64,000 bases of DNA. Origin: an uncultured Gemmatimonadales bacterium. Lineage in GTDB: Bacteria > Gemmatimonadota > Gemmatimonadetes > Longimicrobiales > Longimicrobiaceae. The stretch spans positions 275,493 to 339,492 of the forward strand of contig CAWBZF010000003.1 in NCBI GenBank assembly GCA_963793235.1, given 5' to 3'. A program made the translations under genes and the position numbers. This document shows positions 9,196-23,230 of this stretch, in pieces. Within the stretch, counting starts at the first letter, position 1, and the number at the start of each line of letters is the position of its first letter. The notes below the pieces were generated by a model that was given only the letters and a program-made list of their open reading frames with translations, was not told the origin of the DNA and did no database searches.

Positions 9196-9668
9196 CGTTT
9201 CGGCTTCCTCTCTTCTCGTGGGTCGGGTATGCTTCTGCAGCTATCTACCCGTCCGCGGCTTCAGGGTTGCACGAAACAGCGCCGCCCCGGCCATCGTGGC
9301 TCGGGGCGGCGCGGCGGCCGGGGGTGGGCAGCGCCGCCTGCTCTTGGCGAGAGGTGTTCGCAGATTTGTGGTGCGGCGGGAACTTCCGGCGGGTTCTCGG
9401 GGATGTAGAAGAGCGGTGCTGACCCCCCTTCGGCCTCTTCGGCGGCGGGAACGTTCCACGATCTCCCTTGCCGCGCCGCTCCAGGGGGTGCAACAAGGAG
9501 GCCACCCATGGCCATTCTGTTCAAGCTCAGGTTCGACATGGGTTTACACAATTTCTCGCCCCCCGGAACGACCCCTGCGCCTGGGGCATCCGTGGGGCGG
9601 GTGGGACATCTACGCCACAGGTGGGTGGGGCACGCCGCACTCCCCACCCCGAACCGGGGACGGGTCTG

Positions 9669-10310
9669 GTGAAGAAGTACGCGATCAAGGAGGTGTTCGG
9701 CACACTCCAGGGGGAGGGCGCTCAGGCCGGGACACCGGCCGTCTTCCTGCGCTTCGCGGGGTGCAACCTCGGTTACGAGGTGTGCCCGTGGTGCGATACG
9801 GACTGGGTGAAGGCGGAGTGGGTGCTGCCTCTGGAAGGGACGATCGAGCTGGTGCGTGCGCGGGCGGAGGAGGCCTTCGGTGGGGAGCGGGAGGGCCTGC
9901 TCCTGGTCGCGACCGGAGGCGAACCGAGCCTCCAGCTGGACCGACCGCTCGCCGATGCGCTACGCGCGAGCGGCTACCGCATCGCGATGGAGTCCAACGG
10001 TTCGCGCGCCGTGGATCGCACGCTGGTGGACTGGCTGACGATCTCGCCCAAGCAATCGGAGTTCGTCCAGAAGGAAGGTGACGAGCTTAAGATCCTCTTT
10101 ACCGGGGGCCTGGCGCCGGGACCGGGTGCCAGCGTGGCGGCGGTGCGGGAGCTGGCGAGCGGCACTCGCTTCGCCAACCACTTTCTGCAGCCGATCGATC
10201 TGCCGGAGTTGGGGGGGCCCAACTTCGAGCAGACGGTGGCGGCGGTGATGGAGCTTGGCCCGCCCTGGCGGCTCTCCGTGCAGACGCACAAGGTGCTCGC
10301 GATCCCCTGA
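9669..10310 (+). CDS. queE: 7-carboxy-7-deazaguanine synthase (radical SAM)
   Basis: QueE motifs (GTLQGEG, AGCNL...C.WCDT). A GTG start at 9669 gives a typical QueE N-terminus (VKKYAIKEVF...). The upstream part of the ORF, from 9468, is unlikely to be coding. Confidence 0.75.
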   Translation: MKKYAIKEVFGTLQGEGAQAGTPAVFLRFAGCNLGYEVCPWCDTDWVKAEWVLPLEGTIELVRARAEEAFGGEREGLLLVATGGEPSLQLDRPLADALRASGYRIAMESNGSRAVDRTLVDWLTISPKQSEFVQKEGDELKILFTGGLAPGPGASVAAVRELASGTRFANHFLQPIDLPELGGPNFEQTVAAVMELGPPWRLSVQTHKVLAIP

Positions 10311-10311
10311 T

Positions 10312-10580
10312 GACCATCTCCTGCAGCGGTTCCACCCGGAGCTGGTGATCTACCTGGCCGGCGCCGATCCGTGCAGGGACGACCGGTCCGGGCGACTCTC
10401 ACTGAGCTAGGAGGGTCTCGCGGCGCGTGACCGGTACGTGCTCGAGCGCTGCCGCGAGCGACGGGTGCCGGTGGTGATCACGATGGCGGGCGGGTACGGG
10501 CGGGATACGAAGGACGCCGTGGATGTACACGTACATACGCTGCGCATCGCGGCCGAGCGGGTGGCGGAGCAGCCGCTCAC
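10312..10580 (+). pseudogene. Remnant of a histone deacetylase / acetoin-utilisation (arginase-deacetylase superfamily) gene: a C-terminal fragment with an in-frame TAG
   Basis: The translation [61 protein letters not shown] matches the C-terminal region of HDAC-family enzymes (the ...F.PDLV..AG.D...D.LG.L.LT..G...RD and GGGY motifs). It has no N-terminal 200 aa and contains a TAG at 10399-10401. It abuts the queE stop. Confidence 0.55.
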
Positions 10581-10604
10581 CGCCGACATGGCGGCGGGCG
10601 CGCT

Positions 10605-11717
10605 TCAGCCGCCGCCGGCCGACGGGAAGGGGAGATCCACGACCCGGGCCTCGTCACCCTCCGAGGAGGCGATCCGAACCATTCCGCCGGGTTCGATTTC
10701 ACGACGCACGTAGGCCAGCGCGATCGGCGCGCCCACACGCGGCGACATCACCGCTGTGGTGATCCAGCCGCACTCCCTGCCGGTGGCGGGATTGAAGATC
10801 GGGGTCCGGCGCGCGGGAGTCGGGCCCTCCGGGAGCACCAGGCCGCGCAGGTGCCGGTTCACGTGCCCCCGGTGCGCGATCCGAACGATCACCTCCTGGC
10901 CGGTATAGCACCCCTTGGTGAAGGAGATGGCACGGGGCATCCAACCGATCGCCTCGAAGGCCTCGGTCGGAATGGTCTCCTCGGTCAGTTCCGCGCCGTA
11001 GCGGGGCCGCCCCGCCTCCACCCGGAGCGTCTCCAGAGCCCCGAATCCGACCGGCCCTCCCCCCAGCCGTTCCGCCACGGCGAGGAGCCGCACCCGCACG
11101 TCGCCCGCGATCGCCGCCGGCAGCACCAGGTCGAAGCCGGACTCGTGCGCGTCGCCGGTGGCGGCGATCAGCACCCGTACGCCGGTAACCTCCACCTCCA
11201 CGGCTGCGTCCTCGCTCCCGGGCAGCCCCTCATCCTTGATCACCTCGCGCAGCACTTCGGTGGACCGGGGGCCGTAGACACCGAGAATCTCCGTGTCGGC
11301 GCTCGCATCCTCCCAGCGCGCGAACATCGGAGGCACGAACTTCTTCAGATGAGCGGTCGTACCTTCCAGGGCCTCGCGTGGTACGAGGAGGAGCAGACCC
11401 TCCTCCGCCTCGGCCCACCGGAATACGCGCATCTCCGCGATGGTCCGTCCCTTCGGCGTCAGCATCACGGCGTAGGCACCCTGAGCAGGCGTCACCGCAG
11501 TGATGTCGTTCGTGACCAGCCCATGCATCATGCGCACGGGGTCGCGGCCCCGGACGCGCAGCGGCGCCAGGTCAGATCGTCGAGCCACCCCGGCCGCTGC
11601 GCGCACCGCAGCGTACTCGGCGGCAGGGTCGCCGAAGTGCCGCACGACCGGTGTGCCGCAGATCTCGTGCGTGTGCGCCGCCGCTGTCTGCGGCCGAACG
11701 TGCGGATCGCCGTTCAC
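10605..11717 (-). CDS. ygfZ: YgfZ-type folate-binding protein (GcvT/aminomethyltransferase family)
   Basis: The KGCYTGQE signature motif and GcvT-like fold. GTG start overlapping the upstream ORF stop (GTGA). Confidence 0.7.
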   Translation of the reverse strand: MNGDPHVRPQTAAAHTHEICGTPVVRHFGDPAAEYAAVRAAAGVARRSDLAPLRVRGRDPVRMMHGLVTNDITAVTPAQGAYAVMLTPKGRTIAEMRVFRWAEAEEGLLLLVPREALEGTTAHLKKFVPPMFARWEDASADTEILGVYGPRSTEVLREVIKDEGLPGSEDAAVEVEVTGVRVLIAATGDAHESGFDLVLPAAIAGDVRVRLLAVAERLGGGPVGFGALETLRVEAGRPRYGAELTEETIPTEAFEAIGWMPRAISFTKGCYTGQEVIVRIAHRGHVNRHLRGLVLPEGPTPARRTPIFNPATGRECGWITTAVMSPRVGAPIALAYVRREIEPGGMVRIASSEGDEARVVDLPFPSAGGG

Positions 11718-11989
11718 TGCTCGGCAGAGCGGGAGAGCTCCCGAAGGCGATCATCCGCGCCTTCCAGCTCGCGGACGGTGCGCCTGACGTCGGCGGTGGA
11801 GGCGGCGTTCGGCAGCTCCACTTTCAGTTCGCTGCCGCTCTCGCGCGGCAGGTACACCAGCGTCATCTTCCACCCCTCCACGCCGGTCGCCTTCCTGGCG
11901 ACCAGGTCCACGCTGTACTCCACGCCGTCGCACTCCAGCCGGTTGGCCAGCCGATGCTCCTTCCACGACGAGCTGCGTGACATAGCCAT
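11714..11989 (-). CDS. Hypothetical protein (91 aa)
   Basis: The ORF is translationally coupled to ygfZ. No recognisable family. Confidence 0.4.
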   Translation of the reverse strand: MAMSRSSSWKEHRLANRLECDGVEYSVDLVARKATGVEGWKMTLVYLPRESGSELKVELPNAASTADVRRTVRELEGADDRLRELSRSAEQ

Positions 11990-12156
11990 CTTCCGTACGT
12001 CCTTTCCTCACATCGTTTAGCGTTACCGTGCCGGGGCCCATCGGAGTTGCCGGTGACCCGCGCGGCCCACATCTTTCAGGCGGAGTCCGCGCGAGGATCG
12101 GCGGCGGTCTCGCGGGAAGTTAGCAGCCGGTCAGTGATCCTCCAACCGGACCAGCC

Positions 12157-12846
12157 ATGCAGGCCCATCTTCCGCTCTGGTTCCAGCGGCTGCCCAGCGA
12201 CGTGCGGCGCAAGCTGGAGCTCGCCCAGGCCGCCGCCGTCGAGGCGCGCCGGGATACCCACGCCAGCCAGGCGCTGAACCTGGTGGCGGTGCTCTCCTCG
12301 CGCATGCCCTTCGACGAGGCGGTGGACCGCTACGTGGAGATCATGGGTTTCGGCGGTGACGAGGGCGAGATCGTGCACAACCGGGCGCTGGTGGCGCTCG
12401 GAGACAGCGAGCTCGGTTCCGCGCTGGCACGGGAGCGCCACCGCACGGGGTGGGGCCTCAACTGGCGTTACGCGACGCCACTCGGCGCGGTCCGCTTCGT
12501 GCGCCGGCGCCTGAAGCGCAACGCGGAGGAGGACCTCTGGCTCGAACTCTCCGCCGCACGATCCGAGGAGGCGCTGGTGCGGACACACATCCGCTTCGCG
12601 CTGAACTTCATCGAGATCATGGGTGATCACGCACCGCCTCCTCGCAGCGTGGCGCTCTACCTCGATCAGCTGGAGGTGCCGGCTGCCCGCGCACGCGCCG
12701 TCTATCAGCGTACCCTCGCACGCGTCGCCGATGCGGAGCTCCCGCGCCTTCGCTTTCAGAAGGATGGCGAGATCGTGGAGCACCCTCAACGCTTCCGCTT
12801 CCATGGAGCCGAGGACGGCGCCGAGAGCCAATCGGACTCGAACTGA
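12157..12846 (+). CDS. Hypothetical protein (229 aa)
   Basis: Complex, non-repetitive ORF. The huge opposite-strand ORF 12076-14286 is Arg-rich antisense noise. Confidence 0.5.
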   Translation: MQAHLPLWFQRLPSDVRRKLELAQAAAVEARRDTHASQALNLVAVLSSRMPFDEAVDRYVEIMGFGGDEGEIVHNRALVALGDSELGSALARERHRTGWGLNWRYATPLGAVRFVRRRLKRNAEEDLWLELSAARSEEALVRTHIRFALNFIEIMGDHAPPPRSVALYLDQLEVPAARARAVYQRTLARVADAELPRLRFQKDGEIVEHPQRFRFHGAEDGAESQSDSN

Positions 12847-12912
12847 ACTCGCCCCCCGGTGCCGCCGGAGGGCCGACCTTTCCGTAACAATCGAACCATC
12901 GGGTCCCGACGC

Positions 12913-14079
12913 ATGCGCTCTTCCCGCTCGCGCACCACGCGCCGCCTTTCGCGCGCCATCACCCCGGCCGCCGCCGCCCTCCTGATCGCCGCCTGCGGTG
13001 CGGATAGCTCGCCCCGGACGGGCGACGCGGCCCTGGCGATCGAGGACACGACCGTCACCGCGACACCTGATACACCCGAAGCACCTTCGGTACCCACCGG
13101 TCCCACCTCCGGCCTCCCCCCCAACGAGCTCGGGGAGATCATGGTGCTCGAGTACCACCGACTGGGTGAGCCGGAGGGCGAGTGGTACCGCTCCGTGGAG
13201 AACTTCCGCAACGATCTGCGCATGCTCTACGAGCGCGGCTACCGCCCGGTGACCATGCGCCAGGTGGTGGAGGGGAACATCGATATCCCCGCCGGGACCA
13301 CCCCGGTCGTTTTTACCATCGACGACTCCTCGCTGCGGCAGTTCTACTATCTCGAGGGCGGTGAGATCGACCCGAACACGATGGCCGGGATCTGGGATTC
13401 CTTTCAGCGGGAGAACCCGGCGTGGCATCATGGAGCCGTCTGGTGCGTGCTGCCGGCGGCGGATCACCCGTCCAACTTCTTCGGGGAGCGGCCGAGCCGC
13501 GAGGTGCCGCGGGCGGAGCGGGAGGAGACGATCCGCCGGAAGGTGACGCACCTGGTCGAGAACCGACACGAGATCTGCAACCACACGCTCTATCACGCCC
13601 GGCTGGATCGCGGGACCGATGCGCAGGTTCAGGAGTGGCTGGGGCGCGGGGAAGATTCCATCCAGGTCTATCTCCCGGACGGGTACGAGATCGTCACTCA
13701 CGCGCTCCCGCTGGGGATGTGGCCCCGCAACCGGGAACTCGCCTGGCGCGGGACCTGGCCGGGCAGACCGGGTGAGAACCGGCCGGTGAACTATGAGTAC
13801 AGGGTGGTGCTCGAGGTATCCGGCGGACCCAATGTGTCCCCGTTCGACACCCGCTTCAACGGGCATTCGGTGAACCGGCTGATCGTGGCGCCGGGCGCAC
13901 TGGAGCGCCAGCTGCGCACCTACGAGGCGAACCCCTCGCAGCGGTACGTCTCCGATGGCAACCCCCGCACCATCGCAGTACCTGGCGCCATGGCCGAGCG
14001 TGTGGACCGTCGCCGCTGGCCGAACCACGAGGTGCGCGTCGTGGAGGACGCGGGAGCCGCGCCCGCACCCGGGAGCTAG
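12913..14079 (+). CDS. Polysaccharide deacetylase (NodB-homology) lipoprotein
   Basis: Lipobox LIAACG and NodB-type motifs (TPVVFTIDD, HTLYH). The start at the Met preceding the signal peptide was chosen over the ORF start at 12859. Confidence 0.65.
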   Translation: MRSSRSRTTRRLSRAITPAAAALLIAACGADSSPRTGDAALAIEDTTVTATPDTPEAPSVPTGPTSGLPPNELGEIMVLEYHRLGEPEGEWYRSVENFRNDLRMLYERGYRPVTMRQVVEGNIDIPAGTTPVVFTIDDSSLRQFYYLEGGEIDPNTMAGIWDSFQRENPAWHHGAVWCVLPAADHPSNFFGERPSREVPRAEREETIRRKVTHLVENRHEICNHTLYHARLDRGTDAQVQEWLGRGEDSIQVYLPDGYEIVTHALPLGMWPRNRELAWRGTWPGRPGENRPVNYEYRVVLEVSGGPNVSPFDTRFNGHSVNRLIVAPGALERQLRTYEANPSQRYVSDGNPRTIAVPGAMAERVDRRRWPNHEVRVVEDAGAAPAPGS

Positions 14080-14113
14080 TCGGCTCCCCCGCGTGACCAG
14101 GCCGGCAGCGCAG

Positions 14114-14160
14114 AACGAAGAGGCCCCGCGCGATCCATGCGCGCGGGGCCTCTTCGTTCG
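14114..14160. terminator. Perfect 20-bp-stem hairpin between convergent genes (deacetylase and tatA). Probable bidirectional terminator.
   Basis: GAACGAAGAGGCCCCGCGCG-ATCCAT-GCGCGCGGGGCCTCTTCGTTC read directly. No strong U-tract. Confidence 0.6.
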
Positions 14161-14182
14161 CCCTGACCTCGCCGGGGCTCCG

Positions 14183-14434
14183 TCAGACCTCGTTCTTCCG
14201 CTCTGCCTCGACCGGCTGCTGCGGCGTCTGCTGCTGGCCCTGAGAGAGCGACTGCGGGTTCTGCTGCGACTGGATGGAATCGTCATCCAGACCGTTCAGC
14301 GACCGCTTGAAGTCGCGGATCCCCCGACCCATTCCGGACGCCAGCTCGGGGAGCCGTTTGGAGCCGAACAGAAGCAGGAGAACGGCGAAGATCAGTACCA
14401 GTTCCCCGAATCCAATTCCTCCGAAACCCATGGC
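14183..14434 (-). CDS. tatA: Twin-arginine translocase subunit TatA/E
   Basis: MGFGGIGFGELVLIFAVLLLLFGSKRLPELASGMGRGIRDFKRS is canonical TatA. An AAGGAGG SD lies 6 nt upstream of the ATG at 14434. Confidence 0.9.
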   Translation of the reverse strand, partial: AMGFGGIGFGELVLIFAVLLLLFGSKRLPELASGMGRGIRDFKRSLNGLDDDSIQSQQNPQSLSQGQQQTPQQPVEAERKNEV

Positions 14435-14689
14435 TCCTCCTTGGCGCGGTATTGAACGGTTGGGCGCGTGCCGACCGGCACACAACGCTCAACTCCGTGA
14501 CTCGAAACGAGTCCTGCATCTGCAGAGGGCACGCGAAACAGCGCACTCCCGCCTGCTAAATATGGCCCTGAACGAAGGATAAGGCAACCGCTTCACACCA
14601 GGGGCCGGCTCCGGGAACCGCCCTCCATCGCCTCCGACCGGTGCTCTCCCGGATGCTCAAACGCCGCCGGCCGATGCTTTCCCGGATTC

Positions 14690-15145
14690 TCAGTCGGGAT
14701 CGATCCCGTCCAGCGCCACGATGGCGGCGCGCACCCCCGGAGGTAGGTCGGTCTTGTGACCGGAACGGTAATCGTAGGAAACGACCACCCCGCCCCCGTC
14801 TGCCGCCACTCCGCCCTGAGCGTGGCTCACCAGGCGGTACTCCATGGTGAACCGGTCGTTCCCCAGCCCCGCGGTGCGGGCGCCGACGCTCACCCGGTCC
14901 GGATAGCTGAGAGGAAGGCGGAAGCGGCAGTGCGTGGAGTGCAGGATGGGCCCGACACCGGCGACTTCCTGCTCCTCGGCGAATCCGATTCGCTCGAGGT
15001 AGGCGATCCGCGCGGTCTCGAAGTAGCGGAAGTAGACCGTGTTGTTGACGTGTCGAAAGTAGTCCATGTCGGCCCAGGCGACGTCCACCTCCACCACGAT
15101 CGGGAACTCCTCCACCAGCCGGTTCAGCTCCTGTCCGGGGTTCAT
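14690..15145 (-). CDS. Acyl-CoA thioesterase (hotdog fold, YbgC/4HBT-like)
   Basis: 4HBT-like sequence (DMDYFRHVNNTVYFRYFETAR...). The start at 15145 has an ATGA overlap with the upstream gene stop. Confidence 0.75.
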   Translation of the reverse strand: MNPGQELNRLVEEFPIVVEVDVAWADMDYFRHVNNTVYFRYFETARIAYLERIGFAEEQEVAGVGPILHSTHCRFRLPLSYPDRVSVGARTAGLGNDRFTMEYRLVSHAQGGVAADGGGVVVSYDYRSGHKTDLPPGVRAAIVALDGIDPD

Positions 15146-16419
15146 GATCCTCGCTGCAGTTCGGGGAAATCGATCTTCCGGGCCGCGGCGAGGCCGGCGG
15201 CTCGTCCGGTCGCCCACGCCCAGGCGAAGTTGTAGCCGCCGATGGGGCCGAAGGCGTCCAGGATCTCACCGCAGAGGAAGAGGCCGGGGAGGAGGCGGCT
15301 CTCCAGCGTGCGGGGGTCCACCTCTCCCAGCGCCACGCCGCCACCGGTCACCTCGGCCTTTCTGTACCCCTCGTCGCCGGTCCAGGGAAGATCGTACGCG
15401 GTGATCGCATCCAGGAGCCGCAGGCGCTCGTCTCGCCGCAGCTGAGAGAGGGGGCGCGCAGCGTCCACTCCGGCCTCCGCGAGCAGTGCGGCCGCCAGGC
15501 GGTCGGGAAGCTGCCGGCGCAGAACCGAACCAGCCGTTGCGCCGGGCGAATCCCGCAGCAGCGCCTCCCATGCAGTCCGGTCCAGCGGCGTCCACCCCAC
15601 CTCGATGCGCTGCCGCTCACCACCACGCATGCGGGAGAGCACCGCCAGGTGCGACACGTTCAGCACGGACGGGCCGCTGTAGCCGCGATGCGTGAAGAGA
15701 AAGCCACCGCGGGTTGCGAACCGCCCCCTCTCCAGAGGCGCACCGACCTCCACATCCAGCGAGACACCCGCCAGCTCCGCGTGGCGCGGTGGCTCACAGG
15801 TAAGTGGCGTCAGCGCCGGATACGTGGCGTTCACCGTGTGCCCCATCCGCTCTACCGTCCGGAGCCCCCACCCGTCGCTCCCGGTCTGCGGCACCGACAG
15901 ACCACCGGACGCGAGGATCACCGCCGCCGCTTCGACCGTCCTGCCATCCGCGAGCACCACTTCCCACCCTCCCGGCGCGGCCGGCGTCAGATCCGACACC
16001 CGTGCATCGAACCAGATGCGACCGCCCATCTCGCGCACACGCGACACGAGCGCATCGCGCACGTCGCGCGCGCGATTGCTTACGGGGAACAGCTTACCGC
16101 TCTCCTCCTCGAGCGCGAGCGGCACGCCGAGATCATCCTCAAACCAGCGCCGCTGGTGCTCCAGCGGCCAGGAGAGAAGGATCTTCTTCAGAGTGTTCGC
16201 GGACGACGAGGTGAAATACTGCTCCGGCCGCAACGCGGACGGCAACACGTTGCAGCGCCCACCCCCGCTGATCAGGATCTTCCGGCCGCCGTCCCGGCTG
16301 CCTTCCAGCAGCAGCACCGGGGCACCGGCTACCAGTGCGAAGATCGCCGCCATGCTCCCCGCGGCACCGCCGCCGACGACCACAACCGGCCGCTCATCCA
16401 ACTCTGTTGCCACAGACAT
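15142..16419 (-). CDS. HI0933/BaiN-family FAD-dependent oxidoreductase (aminoacetone oxidase family)
   Basis: An N-terminal Rossmann GGGAAG motif after the Met at 16419, and family-wide similarity. The ORF extends to 16566, but the N-terminal extension is not protein-like. Confidence 0.75.
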   Translation of the reverse strand: MSVATELDERPVVVVGGGAAGSMAAIFALVAGAPVLLLEGSRDGGRKILISGGGRCNVLPSALRPEQYFTSSSANTLKKILLSWPLEHQRRWFEDDLGVPLALEEESGKLFPVSNRARDVRDALVSRVREMGGRIWFDARVSDLTPAAPGGWEVVLADGRTVEAAAVILASGGLSVPQTGSDGWGLRTVERMGHTVNATYPALTPLTCEPPRHAELAGVSLDVEVGAPLERGRFATRGGFLFTHRGYSGPSVLNVSHLAVLSRMRGGERQRIEVGWTPLDRTAWEALLRDSPGATAGSVLRRQLPDRLAAALLAEAGVDAARPLSQLRRDERLRLLDAITAYDLPWTGDEGYRKAEVTGGGVALGEVDPRTLESRLLPGLFLCGEILDAFGPIGGYNFAWAWATGRAAGLAAARKIDFPELQRGS

Positions 16420-16583
16420 GTCCCGTTCTGGTCCCTTGGCGGCTCCCGGGTTGCCAGCCGAGCTCCAAGTGTACGGCGCGCACCCGCGCGCCGCCAACTC
16501 ACGACCACGAGCAGGGGACATTTCAATCCGTGTAAACCAGGGGACACTTCTATCCGCGTTTGACACAGGGTTCAGCGAAGGGG

Positions 16584-16612
16584 TTGACGGACCGGAACGA
16601 ACCGAGTATCAT
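16584..16612 (+). promoter_or_regulatory. Candidate sigma70-type rRNA promoter: TTGACG - 17 nt - TATCAT
   Basis: Hexamers read directly, about 430 nt upstream of the 16S 5' end. Two 23-nt direct repeats (GGTTAGTTTGTAGGGCTGTCACG / GGTTAGCTTGAGGGGTGTTCACG) follow at 16689-16741, and a second TTGACA sits at 16809. Confidence 0.45.
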
Positions 16613-17040
16613 TTGCGGCTCCCTTCGAACACGGGCAGGCAACGCCGGTTGGGTTTCGGCCGACCCCTTGACCCCTCGGATCGAGGGGGTTAGTTTGTAG
16701 GGCTGTCACGGACGGGCGGTTAGCTTGAGGGGTGTTCACGAGTCGCCGGGTCGCACTGGCGGGGCGTAATTGGGGAAGGGCGGGGCAGGGTCCCCGCGAC
16801 ATGCTGATTTGACAACTCGGGTTCTTGGGAAACACAAGAGAGACGATCGTAGAGCGATCTGCGTCGGGGTGGTCTTCCTCTGGAGGGCTGTCCGGCGTGT
16901 CCCCGGAAGAAGCGGTCGAGGCGACACTTCCTCGAGGCCGCGGGTGGGGATAAACAAAGTGAGAACGCCGGGTCGGCGCCCTTTGGGGCGTTGCGGATCC
17001 GGTTCTTTTCAGGAGCTGTTCAAAGCTACTTCGATTATGG

Positions 17041-18592
<1,552 letters not shown>

Positions 18593-18847
18593 GGAGCGAC
18601 GAGTAAGGGCGATCCGGCTTGTCCGGGGAGTTCTCGGAGAAAGTGCTCACAGGTCGAACGCGTCGGACCGGCGCGGGTCGGATCGTTCTCAGTTGTGGAT
18701 CTCGAGGGCTGAGTTGTCATGGTTGACAAATCGGGTTCGAGGGTAGGAAATGGGTTGTTTAGGTCCAGAAGAGCACCTGGACGCGTGTGTCGTACCCGTC
18801 AGTGATGGCGGGTGTCGGGTGCGGGGTCGTGAGAATTGGACGATTCC

Positions 18848-21866
<3,019 letters not shown>

Positions 21867-21975
21867 TCCGTAGTTTATCAAAACACGAACCGCATCCAGG
21901 ACACGCAAATCCAGGTGTGAAGTGCTGGACCCAGACAACCCATGGAAGTACCCTCGAACTCCGATTGCTTTTTCT

Positions 21976-22094
21976 CGTGATCGGTGGCTATGGCGCGGGG
22001 GATCACCCGATCCCATTCCGAACTCGGAAGTTAAGCCCCGCAGCGCGGATGGTACTGCCGGGTTACCCCGGTGGGAGAGTACGTCGCCGCCGAT
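21976..22094 (+). rRNA. rrf: 5S ribosomal RNA
   Basis: ...GGTGGCTATGGCGCGGGGGATCACCCGATCCCATTCCGAACTCGGAAGTTAAGCCCCGCAGCGCGGATGGTACTG...GGGAGAGTACGTCGCCGCC is a typical 5S. Ends approximate. Confidence 0.9.
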
Positions 22095-22103
22095 CCACGT
22101 ATA

Positions 22104-22146
22104 GCAGACTGCCCCCTTCGCCTTCTCTGGCGGAGGGGGCAGTCTG
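22104..22146 (+). terminator. rRNA operon terminator hairpin
   Basis: GCAGACTGCCCCCTTCGCC-TTCTCT-GGCGGAGGGGGCAGTCTGC lies immediately 3' of the 5S gene. Confidence 0.6.
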
Positions 22147-22440
22147 CGTTCCCCCAACGAATTCCGCGAGCTGCCCGCCACCGGCAGATGAGGGGGATCC
22201 GCCGGGGCGCTGGCCAGGTCAAAGCGATCTGCGGGCAGCGCGAGGTCTTCACCGGCGGCGCGTGGGCGGGGAACGGAGAGGGATTCCCTTCGGCTGCGCT
22301 CAGGGCAGGCTCTCGACTTCGCTCGGACTGACTGGGGGCCGAACGCCCGGAATGACAGGGGGCCGAACGTGGCGAGCGTGTGCTATGAGCCGGGTCGGCC
22401 GACCACAGGATCGGGGGACCGGTTGAGTCAGGTGCCTACC

Positions 22441-22520
22441 CCTGTCCGCGGATTTCGCGGATTTCGCGGATTTCATCCGAGCCGATCTGCGAAATCCGCG
22501 TAATCTGCGGGCAGAGAGGG
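22441..22520. repeat. Palindromic repeat element, copy A: GCGGATTTC x3, then GAAATCCGCG (inverted), then TAATCTGCGG
   Basis: Direct and inverted 9-mers read in the sequence. A second copy with the same architecture lies at 37341-37420. Confidence 0.7.
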
Positions 22521-22525
22521 TATCC

Positions 22526-23020
22526 CTATCGTCCCGCCGCCGGATCCAGCGAGTACACGTAGGCGGTGATGGAGCGAACCTGTTCGTCGCTGAGGCTCAC
22601 ACCTCCCATCGGCGGCATCGGCGCAGGGTATTCGCGCGGTTGCTGTACGCCGGTGCGGATCACCGTCTCCATCTGCGTGAAGCGGTCACCATCCGACGTG
22701 ACCCAGAGCCACTGACCGTCCACCAGGCTGGGCCCGAGTTGGGTGCCAACGCCGTTCTGACCATGACAGGTGAAGCAGATTCCCTGACCATGGAATACCT
22801 GCCGTCCCTGCTCCACCATCTCCTGGGTAACGCCGGCGGGAAGCGGTCCGGCGGTCACCTGCGGCGCCTGCTGCGGCGCTCCCGCGGCAGGCTGCGTGGC
22901 GGGTGGCTGAACTCCCGGCTGCGTGGCCGGATCCGGATCGGGTCTGTCGCCGGGGCAGGCGGTGAGGAAAACGGGGAGGAGCAGGGCTCCCAGGCCCGTC
23001 ATGCCTCTGCGAATCAGCAT
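22526..23020 (-). CDS. Class I c-type cytochrome, lipoprotein-anchored
   Basis: Single CFTCHG heme-binding motif. Signal peptide/lipobox (LTACPG) and a Pro/Gln-rich linker. Confidence 0.8.
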   Translation of the reverse strand: MLIRRGMTGLGALLLPVFLTACPGDRPDPDPATQPGVQPPATQPAAGAPQQAPQVTAGPLPAGVTQEMVEQGRQVFHGQGICFTCHGQNGVGTQLGPSLVDGQWLWVTSDGDRFTQMETVIRTGVQQPREYPAPMPPMGGVSLSDEQVRSITAYVYSLDPAAGR

Positions 23021-23230
23021 GGTTGATCGTCTCGCTGAGGAGGTTGGAGGGGACGCGGAAACCCGCGCGCGTCACGGTCGCGGTAGAGGGCGGCAATCCG
23101 CATGCCGCGGACAGCGGCCGGGGGATGCAGGGTGACCGGGTGCGAGCTCGGCAGCGGTCCCTGACAAACGAAAGCCGGGCCGCGGATGATCTCCGCGGCC
23201 CGGCGATACCGACAACCTTCCGTGACCGTG

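Noticed and set aside
12076-14286. A 736-aa ORF on the minus strand
   Set aside because: It is antisense to two real plus-strand genes (a hypothetical and the polysaccharide deacetylase), extremely Arg-rich, and has no motifs.
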